In this document: positions 9,535 to 17,803 of the stretch, in pieces
Numbering within the stretch: position 1 is the first letter of the stretch
Layout of the letters: each line of letters starts with the position of its first letter
From: an uncultured Chloroflexia bacterium
GTDB taxonomy: Bacteria; Chloroflexota; Dehalococcoidia; UBA2979
NCBI GenBank assembly: GCA_963728205.1
Contig: CAVSIV010000006.1
Span: forward strand, 1,728,001-1,792,000
Direction of reading: 5' to 3'
Length of the DNA stretch: 64,000 nucleotides
Translations under genes and position numbers: made by a program
The notes under the pieces: generated by a model
Told to the model about the DNA's origin: nothing
What the model saw: the letters and a program-made list of their open reading frames with translations, nothing else
Database searches by the model: none

Positions 9535-10153
9535 CGCCGGCGCACCGCCGGCGCCACCGGCGGCTGGCGCGGGCACCGTGGCCAACGCCCGGGGGGCGCG
9601 CCTGGCGTGGCCGCCACGCCCGCCACCCAGCAGCGGGCGGCACGCCCGCTGTGCGCCGCCGCGGGCCGGGCAGCGCCAACACCGGCCGCTGCGCGCCGCC
9701 GCGGGGCGGGCTGTGCCAACACCGGCCGCTGCGCGCCGCTGGCGGGCCGTGCAGCGCCAACACCGCCCGCTGTGCGCCGCCGGCGGGCCGTGCAGGGCCA
9801 ACACCGCCCGCTGTGCGCGCCGGCGCACCGCCGGTGTGCCACCGGCGGCTGGCGCTGGCCCGGTGGCCACCGCCCGGGGCGGCCCGCCTGGCGTGGCCAC
9901 CACGCCTGCCGACCCAGCAGCGGGCGGCACGCCCGCTGTGCGCCGCCGGTGGCCGGGTCGCGCCAACACCGCCCGCTGTGTGCCGCCGGCGGGCCGTGCA
10001 GCGCCAACACCGCCCGCTGTGCCCGCCGGCGCACCGCCGGTGTGCCACCGGCGGCTGGCGCGGGCGTGGTGGCCACCGCCCGGGGCGGCCCGCCTGGCGC
10101 GGCCACCACGCCTGCCGACCCAGCAGCGGGCGGCACGCCCGCTGTGCGCCGCC
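9535..10153. repeat. mosaic repeat array A-B4-A-B2-A (BIME-like)
   Basis: ~125-bp unit A at ~9535, ~9818, ~10024; ~41-bp unit B (contains gccaacacc) four times between A1 and A2 and twice between A2 and A3. Confidence 0.85.
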
Positions 10154-10286
10154 GCGGGCTAGGCGCACGCACCCGTAGTTCCACGGGCCTTGCGCGCATT
10201 GCCCGGAGCGGCTACCGGAACGTATACTGACGCCGCGTTAATTGCGTAGTTACTTGAGCGGTTGATCAGCGGGAGCCGGCCTCGCC

Positions 10287-11423
10287 ATGCGCCTTACCTG
10301 TGCCCAGGCGGATCTCCACCGCGGCCTCCAGGCCGTGGCGCGTGCCATCCCCGCCCGTTCCACCCTCCCCATCACCCAGCACGTCCTGCTCGAGGCCACC
10401 GGCGAGCACATCACGCTCTCCGCCACCGACGCCGAGACCATCGCCATCACCTATCGCATCCCCGCCTCCATCGAGGAGCCCGGCGCCATCACCATGCCCT
10501 CGCGCCTGCTGTCCGACTTCGTCGCGACCCTGCCGCGCGAGCAGATTGAGATGAAGCTCGCCGAGCGCTCGCGCCAGGTGAACCTCACCTGCGCGCGCAA
10601 CACCGCGTCGGTCGGCGGCATGGACCCCGACGACTTCCCGCCGATCCCGCCGGTCGCCGAGGACCGCACGGTGCGCATGGAGGCCGACCGCCTGCGCACC
10701 GCCATCAACCAGACCGTGTTCTCCGCCGCCACCGACGACTCGCGCCCGGTGCTCACCGGCGTGCACTTCGCGATGAAGGGCAAGGAGCTGCGGCTCGCCG
10801 CCGCCGACGGCTTCCGGCTCTCGGTGCACACGATGGTGCTCGACGACGAGGCCGAGGAGCGCGCGGTGATCGTGCCGGCGCGGGCGCTCGGCGAGCTCGG
10901 GCGGCTGCTGCAGGAGGCGAGCGAGGGCGTCGTCGCGATGACGTTCAACGCGGCCGCGACGCAGGTGCAGTTCGACCTCGGCCACGCGAAGCTCGTCGCG
11001 CAGCTGATCCAGGGCACGTTCCCGAACTACGAGCAGCTGATCCCGGCGTCGACCGCGACGCACACCGAGGTCTCGGTCTCCGAGTTCCTGCGGGAGACGC
11101 GCATCGCCTCGATCTTCGCGCGCGACGGCTCCGGCATCGTGCGCCTGATCGCGACGCCCGGCCGCGGCGGCGACCCCGGCCGGCTGCTGATCATCGCCCG
11201 CGCCGACGAGGTCGGCGACAACGAGGGCGAGATTGACGCGGTGGTGACGGGCGAGGAGGCGAAGATCGCCTTCAACGGCCGCTACCTGACCGAGGTGCTC
11301 AACGTCGTCGGCGTCGACCGCGTCGCCATCGAGACGACGTCCCCGAGCAGCCCCGGCGTGATCCGCCCCATCGGCGACGACCGCTTCGTGCACGTCGTGA
11401 TGCCGATGTTCGTGCAGTGGTAG
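10287..11423 (+). CDS. dnaN: DNA polymerase III beta sliding clamp
   Basis: LSATDAE, DDFPPIP, DDSRPVLTGV, AADGFRLS, LIQGTFPNYEQLIP, IAFNGRYL, VVMPMFVQW; this C-terminus resembles Dehalococcoidia-like Chloroflexota DnaN. Confidence 0.96.
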   Translation: MRLTCAQADLHRGLQAVARAIPARSTLPITQHVLLEATGEHITLSATDAETIAITYRIPASIEEPGAITMPSRLLSDFVATLPREQIEMKLAERSRQVNLTCARNTASVGGMDPDDFPPIPPVAEDRTVRMEADRLRTAINQTVFSAATDDSRPVLTGVHFAMKGKELRLAAADGFRLSVHTMVLDDEAEERAVIVPARALGELGRLLQEASEGVVAMTFNAAATQVQFDLGHAKLVAQLIQGTFPNYEQLIPASTATHTEVSVSEFLRETRIASIFARDGSGIVRLIATPGRGGDPGRLLIIARADEVGDNEGEIDAVVTGEEAKIAFNGRYLTEVLNVVGVDRVAIETTSPSSPGVIRPIGDDRFVHVVMPMFVQW

Positions 11424-12372
11424 CGAAACACTCATCCGACTGATCAGTGAGCGGGACCGTCCCGCGGATCTCCGCGCGCTCCGCTGACGCCGCGATCCGG
11501 GCGTCCGCGGAGCGCCGCAGCAGCGCGAAGCTGCTCTCGTCAGCGGATTCGATGAAGCCTCGGATACGCTCCAGCGACACCGCCAGATGCTCGCGAATGC
11601 GCTCGAATTCGCTCTCATCGATCGGGGCAGGAGGCGTCAGCTCGCGCCGGCGTGCCTCCAGCACCCACCTGCGGTCGGCAAGCTCGCGCGACTCAGCCTG
11701 AGCACGCGCCTCGTCCATCCACCGCTCGGCTTCGGGGTCCCCGACAAGGGCGAGCAGCCAGCCCAGCAGCGCGATGCCGTCTCCCCGCTCGAGTCCGTAG
11801 CGCTCGGCGTAGGGAGCGAGCGTGTCGGCGAAGGTGCCCGGGGAGTCGTACGCCTCGCGGATCGCATCGGCCACGACGATGGCGACGGCCTCCGGGTCTT
11901 CCCGGTCGGCAAGCAGGTCGGGCGCGATGCAGGATGGTCGGGTTGTGGGCAGACCCCGGAGCGTGATCCAACGGAGCGACTCGAGCGGTCGCCGGTGCAG
12001 GCGCACATCTGGCCGACGTGACTGGCGCCGCACCGGCAGCGTGAATTCGTGACGATCCGCAGGCAGGTGTCCGATTCCATAGAGCGCGGTCGCGGAGCGA
12101 TGCGACACGATGCCCTGCTCCGGGGTGCGTCTCCACGCGGGTGTTTCCGGTGCGAGTTGGAGCCACGCGGCGCGTAGGTCTAGGTGATCGGGGACGGGAG
12201 CGCCGGCCAGGTGATAGATGCCGTGGGCAACCCGTTCGATGACTGTGGCAGACGCGAGCCGCTGGAGCGTCGCCGGGGAGACACCGGACAGCTCGGCCTG
12301 GCGGCGCGTGACGAGCCCCCACTGGTCTTCCGCGAGCGCCGACAGACGTCCGAGCGTTCTGTAGCTAGCCAT
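11299..12372 (-). CDS. type IV toxin-antitoxin AbiEi-family antitoxin / transcriptional regulator (true 3' end probably near 11,440)
   Basis: LAEDQWGLVTRRQA, IERVAHGIY (wHTH), IVSHRSATALYGIG, VRLHR; ATG at 12372; ORF as read runs 125 bp into convergent dnaN. Confidence 0.8.
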   Translation of the reverse strand: MASYRTLGRLSALAEDQWGLVTRRQAELSGVSPATLQRLASATVIERVAHGIYHLAGAPVPDHLDLRAAWLQLAPETPAWRRTPEQGIVSHRSATALYGIGHLPADRHEFTLPVRRQSRRPDVRLHRRPLESLRWITLRGLPTTRPSCIAPDLLADREDPEAVAIVVADAIREAYDSPGTFADTLAPYAERYGLERGDGIALLGWLLALVGDPEAERWMDEARAQAESRELADRRWVLEARRRELTPPAPIDESEFERIREHLAVSLERIRGFIESADESSFALLRRSADARIAASAERAEIRGTVPLTDQSDECFATTARTSASRRARSGRRRWGGSRRGCSGTSSRWRRGRRRRR

Positions 12373-12373
12373 G

Positions 12374-12409
12374 ACTGCATTATACGTCAATATTGATATA
12401 TAATGCAGT
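12374..12409. promoter_or_regulatory. palindromic divergent promoter/operator
   Basis: actgcattata...tataatgcagt 11-bp perfect inverted repeat enclosing palindrome tcaatattga; gives TATAAT on both strands; the minus-strand one is 6 nt before the abiEi ATG. Confidence 0.7.
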
Positions 12410-12529
12410 AATAGCCACGGATGTCGCCTGCGATGTCTGCAATACCGCTCAGTTCCGATAGAGAACGCAGCTCTGTGACGGAGTCGTGAGAACGAGTCAC
12501 GTCCGGCGGCACAGAGCAGTGAGGTCCGG

Positions 12530-12808
12530 ATGCAAGCCGAGCGTTCTCAGCGTCGGGACCGTATCGAGCTGCGCACGACGCCGGAAGAGAAGCAGTTGCT
12601 TGCGCGGGCTGCTGCCTACGAACGCCTCGACGTGACTGCCTTCATCATGAGGGCGGCGCTCCCGGCGGCGCGCGGGGTCGTGGAACAGGCGGAGCGGATC
12701 GTTCTGACCGAACGAGACACCGCTCGGGTGCTCGAACTCCTGGAGAACCCGCCGGAGCCTCCCGCGGCGCTCGTGGAGGCTGCGCGGCGCCGCCACTCGC
12801 GCGCCTGA
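12530..12808 (+). CDS. DUF1778 ribbon-helix-helix antitoxin (TacA/AtaR family)
   Basis: RIELRTTPEEKQLLARAA...VTAFIMRAA...IVLTERD...LELLENPPEP; directly upstream of a GNAT. Confidence 0.9.
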   Translation: MQAERSQRRDRIELRTTPEEKQLLARAAAYERLDVTAFIMRAALPAARGVVEQAERIVLTERDTARVLELLENPPEPPAALVEAARRRHSRA

Positions 12809-12814
12809 ACATCC

Positions 12815-13348
12815 TTGGACTGGCGCGAAGAGTCCCTCGGCCGGCATCACCACCGCGCGGCCTTCGACTGTGGCTCGCCGGAGCTCAACGAGTACCTGCA
12901 GCGCTACGCGCGACGGAACCACGAGCGCGGGGGCGCGAAGACCTTCGTGGCCGTGTCGCCGGACGACCCCGACCGCAACCTCGGCTACTACTCGATTGCC
13001 CCGGGGGTCATCGAGTCGGAGCAGGCGCCGGAGGACATCAGACGGCGCCTCGGTCGCTATCCGATTCCCGTGTTTCGACTCGCGCGGCTGGCCGTCGACC
13101 ATTCTGCGCAGCGACAGGGACTCGGCGGAGCGTTGCTGTTCGCCGCGGCCGAGCGAGCGCTGGCGGTAGCCGAGGAGGTCGGGGGCGTCGCGCTCGCAAT
13201 CGACGCGAAGGACGAGGATGCGGCGAAGTGGTACGAGCGGTTTGGCGCCCTGAGACTCCGTGACGAACCGCTCCAGCTGCTGTTACCGCTCGCGACCGTA
13301 CGGATGGCGATCGAGCGAATCGCGCGCGAGCGGGAGGGCGGAGCGTAG
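12815..13348 (+). CDS. GNAT-family acetyltransferase toxin (TacT/AtaT family)
   Basis: HHRAAFDCGSPELNEYL, LGYYS, YPIPVFRLARLAVD, QRQGLG, IDAKDEDAAKWYERFG. Confidence 0.9.
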   Translation: MDWREESLGRHHHRAAFDCGSPELNEYLQRYARRNHERGGAKTFVAVSPDDPDRNLGYYSIAPGVIESEQAPEDIRRRLGRYPIPVFRLARLAVDHSAQRQGLGGALLFAAAERALAVAEEVGGVALAIDAKDEDAAKWYERFGALRLRDEPLQLLLPLATVRMAIERIAREREGGA

Positions 13349-13505
13349 TCGGCGGCATCCAGGTCTGGCGGACCTGTCCTGGCGCGTCCCTCCGCGGCAG
13401 ACGCCGCGGTCCGCCCGGACTCCTCCACCGAATACGCTGACAGCTGCACAGCCGTGCGGCCCCGTCGCGGGCGCCGGGCTCCGTCGCTGGAGAATGGGTG
13501 AAGAG

Positions 13506-14231
13506 ATGACATCCGGTCTGTCGCAGCCGGTCGCGGAAGAGGGCCATCCCGGCGCGCGGATGGGCTGGCTGCGCGCCGCCGTCCTGGGCGCCGACGACGG
13601 AATCGTGACCGTCTCCGCGATCGCGCTGGGTGTGTCGGCCGCCGCCGCCGGCCAGGGCGGGGTCGTGACCGCCGCGGTCGCCGCGCTGGTCGCCGGCGCG
13701 CTCTCCATGGCCGCGGGCGAGTACGTGTCGGTGAGCTCGCAGCGCGACTCGGAGCGGGCCAGCATGGCGCGCGAGCAGCAGGAGCTCGTCGACGACCCGG
13801 CGGGCGAGCATTCGGAGCTGGCGGCGATCTACGAGGCCCGCGGGTTGCCGCCCGACCTCGCCCGCACCGTCGCCGAGCAGCTGATGCAGCACGACGCGCT
13901 CGGGGCTCACGTCCGCGATGAGCTGGGGTTCTCGGAGGAGCTGGCGGCGCGACCCCTCCAGGCGGCGCTGGTGTCGGCGCTCAGCTTCTTCCTTGGCGCC
14001 CTCATTCCGCTGCTGGCGATCGTCGTGGCACCCGTGCTGGCGCCGAGGCGCGCCACGGATCCGATCGTGGTGGCGGTCAGCCTGGTCAGCCTGGCGGCGC
14101 TCGGTGGTGCCGGGGCGCGAGCCGGTGGCGCGCCGCCGATGCGGGCGGCGCTGCGCGTCATCGTCGGCGGCGGGATCGCCATGGCAGTGACCATCGCCAT
14201 TGGCCGGGTGCTGGGGGCCAGCGGCGTGTAG
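13506..14231 (+). CDS. VIT1/CCC1 family iron/manganese transporter
   Basis: WLRAAVLGADDGIV, AGALSMAAGEYVSVSSQRDSE, ELAAIYEARGL, HVRDELG. Confidence 0.92.
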   Translation: MTSGLSQPVAEEGHPGARMGWLRAAVLGADDGIVTVSAIALGVSAAAAGQGGVVTAAVAALVAGALSMAAGEYVSVSSQRDSERASMAREQQELVDDPAGEHSELAAIYEARGLPPDLARTVAEQLMQHDALGAHVRDELGFSEELAARPLQAALVSALSFFLGALIPLLAIVVAPVLAPRRATDPIVVAVSLVSLAALGGAGARAGGAPPMRAALRVIVGGGIAMAVTIAIGRVLGASGV

Positions 14232-14402
14232 CGATCCGGGGTCCCGCCATCCTGCCGTCGCCACGACGGTGGACGCCGCGAGCGTGATCGCGTTACGTCA
14301 CAGTGACGGGTTCCTCCCGCCCGGGTGAACCCATCCGAGCGCCCCGCCCGGCTCGCGGAGCCGCCGCGTCCAGATCCGATGGCGCATCCGAAGGAACACG
14401 AC

Positions 14403-15379
14403 ATGGGGAACACGCGCACGCGCGCCTACCGCGGCGGGGTCCTCGACGCCGAGGGATTCCCCCTCAGCGACGTCTCCGGCCGGCTCGCCCTCCCCGACAC
14501 CTTCGTCTGGGTGGACTTCGTCGACCCGCCCCTGGCGCAGCTCGACGAGCTCGCCGCCGAGCTCGGGTTGCACGAACTGGCGGTGGAGGACGCGCTCGGC
14601 CCCCACCAGCGCCCCAAGCTCGATCACTACGCCACGCACCGGTTTCTCTCGTCCCAGGCCGTGCGGGTGATCCGAGACGAGGGCGAGCTCGCGGAGACCG
14701 AGGTGGACGCCTTCATCAACGACCGCTGGCTGGTCACCGTGCGGAAGGACGAGGGGTTCTCCATGGACGCCGTCGTGGCCCGCTGGGATCGCTCCCCCAT
14801 CTCAGCGCCCACGGGGTGAGCTTCTTCCTGTACGGCCTGCTCGACGTCATCGTCGACGGCTACTTCGAGGCCGTGCAGGTGTTCGACGAGTACTACGACG
14901 ATGTGAGTGAGGGCATCTTCTCCGAGCATCCGCTCGAGCCCTCGCAGCAACGGCACTGGTTCAAGATGCGGCAGGCGCTCGTCCGCTTCCACCGGATCGT
15001 CGTGCCGATGCGGGAGACGGTCAGTTCGCTCATGCGTCGCGAGCACTCCACCGTGGCCGAGGACCTCTATCCCTACTACCAGGATGTGTACGACCACGTC
15101 CTGCGGGTCAGCGAATCCTCGGAGGCCCTGCGCGACCTCGTGAGCACCATCGTGGAGACGAACCTCAGCCTGCGCGATTACCGGCAGAACCAGATCATGA
15201 AGAAGGTGACGAGCTGGGCGGCGATCATTGCCGTCCCCACGCTGATCACCGGCTACTACGGCATGAACGTGCCGTACCCGGGGTTCGGCGCCATGTCGGG
15301 AGCGATCGTGTCCGGCGTGCTGACCGTCGGGTTGTCCGGGGCGCTGTTCCTGCTCTTCCGCGCCAGGGACTGGCTGTAG
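14403..15379 (+). CDS. corA: CorA-family Mg/Co transporter, frameshift near 14,810
   Basis: LGLHELAVEDAL...QRPKLDHY, then LLDVIVDGYF, YYQDVYDH, NQIMKKVT, GYYGMNV (GMN motif). Confidence 0.88.
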
Positions 15380-15499
15380 GGGCGAGCTGGTGCCATCCCG
15401 ACCGCGCGTCACGCTGCGCGCTTCGCCTGCGATCGGTGTCGGTCCACACGTCGGCCGCGGTGGGGGACTGCCGTAGAATCGCTGACGAGGAGGCGTGAC

Positions 15500-16200
15500 G
15501 TGGCAGCCATTCCGCAGAGCTCGAGCGACCACGCTACGCGTACGCCGAATCCGATCGGATCGCGGGGGTGAGCCGCGGCACCTCCAGGCGATGGCTCAAG
15601 GGCTATCAGTACGTCGGGGTGGACGGGCGAATCGTGCACCGTCCACCGGTCGCGACGGGTGAGGCACCGGTGGAGCCGGGGGTTTCGTTCCTGGAGCTGA
15701 TCGAGGTGGCCGCAATCGGGCGCCTGAGGGACACCGGCTTCTCGCTCCACCAGATCCGCGTGATCGTCGACCGCTGTGAGGAGATCTTCCACGCTCCGCG
15801 CCCGCTCGTGACGCTGCGCTTCCGGGTGGATGGGAAGGCCGCGTTCGTCGAGGCGGACGACTCGCTGGTCGACCTGGGGCTGACGCGTGGGAGGCGGCAG
15901 CGCGCCTGGGAGGAAGTCCTCAGCCCGTTCCTCGTCACCGTCGAGTACGAAGGCGGCATCGCGCGGCGCTGGTGGCCGCGCGGCCAGGATCACCATGTGC
16001 TTGTCGATCCCGAGATGGGGTTCGGCTTCCCGGTGGTCGAAGGCAGCGGCGTTCGAACCGAGATCATCCTCGAGCAGTTTCACGCCGGACGAGACCCGGA
16101 GGAGATCGCGGCCGACTTCAACCTGACGCAGCGCCAGGTCCTCGACGCCATCCGCTTTGAGACGCAGCTCGACGGAACGGCTGTCCTCCAGACCGCATGA
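15500..16200 (+). CDS. DUF433-domain antitoxin with N-terminal HTH (VapB45-like); indel near 5' end
   Basis: RBS gaggagg before GTG 15500; SFLELIEV, VDPEMGFGFPVVEGSGVRTE, EEIAADFNLTQRQVLDAIRFE. Confidence 0.85.
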
Positions 16201-16577
16201 TCTTCGTCGACCGCTCGATTCCGAAGAGCGTGGCGACCGCCCTCAACGCCACGCGAGGTGACGTCGAGTGGCTGGAACCACGCTTCCGACCGGACGCTCC
16301 TGACCCGGAGTGGTTGCGGGCGGCCGGCGAAGGAGGATGGGTCGTGCTGTCGCGCGACAAGAAGCTTCGTACAAGACCCGCCGAACGACGCGCGATCGCC
16401 GCGTATGGCGTGGGCTGCTTCATCCTGACGCAGCGCGCGCCGCTCAGCCCGTGGGGGTACCTCAAGTTGCTCGTCCCCATCCTCGATGACCTCGTCGTCG
16501 GGTTCGAGCAGACCCCGCGACCGTTCATCTACACGGTGAGCCGCGATGGCGTGCTCAGGCGGGCGGACTCTGCCTGA
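16197..16577 (+). CDS. PIN-like toxin (VapC45-like)
   Basis: IFVDRSI, PDPEWL, GWVVLSRDKKLR...ERRAI; ATGA overlap with the DUF433 gene. Confidence 0.85.
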   Translation: MIFVDRSIPKSVATALNATRGDVEWLEPRFRPDAPDPEWLRAAGEGGWVVLSRDKKLRTRPAERRAIAAYGVGCFILTQRAPLSPWGYLKLLVPILDDLVVGFEQTPRPFIYTVSRDGVLRRADSA

Positions 16578-16612
16578 CGTTGGCCGGTGAGCTGTAGACT
16601 CCCGCACGAACC

Positions 16613-17568
16613 ATGAGCAACGCGCTTCCGGCCGTCGTCGCGAACACCGACCATGTGTGGTTTCGGCACTTTCGCCCCGTCGACGAATTGCGCGTCGTTG
16701 ATGAGGTGAACTTCTGGCGCCCGGCGGCGCAGAGCGAGTTTCGAGCGCTCAGCCCCGGCGAACCGTTCTTCTTTCGCCTCAAGAGCCCGGACAACGCCAT
16801 CGCCGGCTTCGGCTTCTTCGCCGTCTCGGCACGCATGTCGGTTCCCGTGGCCTGGGAGATCTTCGGCGAGAAGAACGGGGATCCCACGCGCGCCCGGTTC
16901 GAGGAGCGGATTGCCGGCTATCGGCGACGCTTCAATCGGGCGGCGCAGGATCAGCTGAGCTGCCTCGTGCTGCGTGACGCGGTGTTCCTGCCGCGGAATC
17001 GGTGGCTGCCGTGGAGCGCGAACGAGGAGTGGCAGCGAAACATCGTGAGCTACAAGGGCTACGACCTCGCCAGCCGGCGCCGGTCGCGCGCTCGATGCGA
17101 CTCCTGAGCGGGTCTCACCCCGATCCGGTGCTGGATCTCGTGCCCGAGTTCAGGCTCATGGAGCTCGATGCGCGGCGGTTCCGCGAATCCCGGGTCGTCG
17201 AGCGAGAGGGCCAGGGGACCTTCCGGCTCCGGCTCCTGCGGGCCTACGGCGGCCAGTGCGCCGTGACCGGGGAGCACGCCGTCCCGGTGCTGGAGGCCGC
17301 CCACATCCAGCCGTACATGGGACCCGCGTCCAATCACCTGCAGAACGGACTGGTGCTGCGCTCGGATCTGCATCGCCTCTACGACGCGGGCTATGTGACC
17401 GTAACCCCCGACCTGCGGCTCGAGGTGAGCGGACGCCTGCGCGAGGAGTTCGAGAACGGCAAGGCGTACTACGAGATGGCGGGGCGGCCGGTTCGTCCGC
17501 CCGGCGACCGGCGGGCCGTTCCCAGCAGCGACGCGCTGCTCTGGCACGCGGAGCACGTCTTCCGCTGA
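16613..17568 (+). CDS. HNH endonuclease with N-terminal PUA/EVE-like domain (putative restriction endonuclease), frameshift near 17,080
   Basis: N-term TDHVWF, DEVNFWRP, PGEPFFFRLK; C-term REGQGTFR, YGGQCAVTG, LEAAHIQPY, NGLVLRSDLHRLYDAG. Confidence 0.85.
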
Positions 17569-17803
17569 ACTAAGCCAGCCCCCGTCAATTAGGCTGACGA
17601 GTAGATGGGACGCCTGATTGAGCCGTCAGCATGTCGTGCGAGGTCCAGGCCATCACTGGCTCGCTGCCTGCGGGTCATCCGACAGGTGAGTGTTGGCAAT
17701 GGAGGACGCTGGGGGGTGCTGGTTACCTGCTTCGCTATGCAGGCCCCTGTGCATCTCTGCCGATCACTAGTACGGTTCGCGGGCTGTGGGGCGGGTGGTA
17801 CCA

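Noticed and set aside
9535-10153. CRISPR array
   Set aside because: Units repeat end to end with no unique spacers, are degenerate, and no cas genes are present
10154-10286. oriC upstream of dnaN
   Set aside because: No dnaA, no clear TTATCCACA boxes and only a very short AT-rich patch
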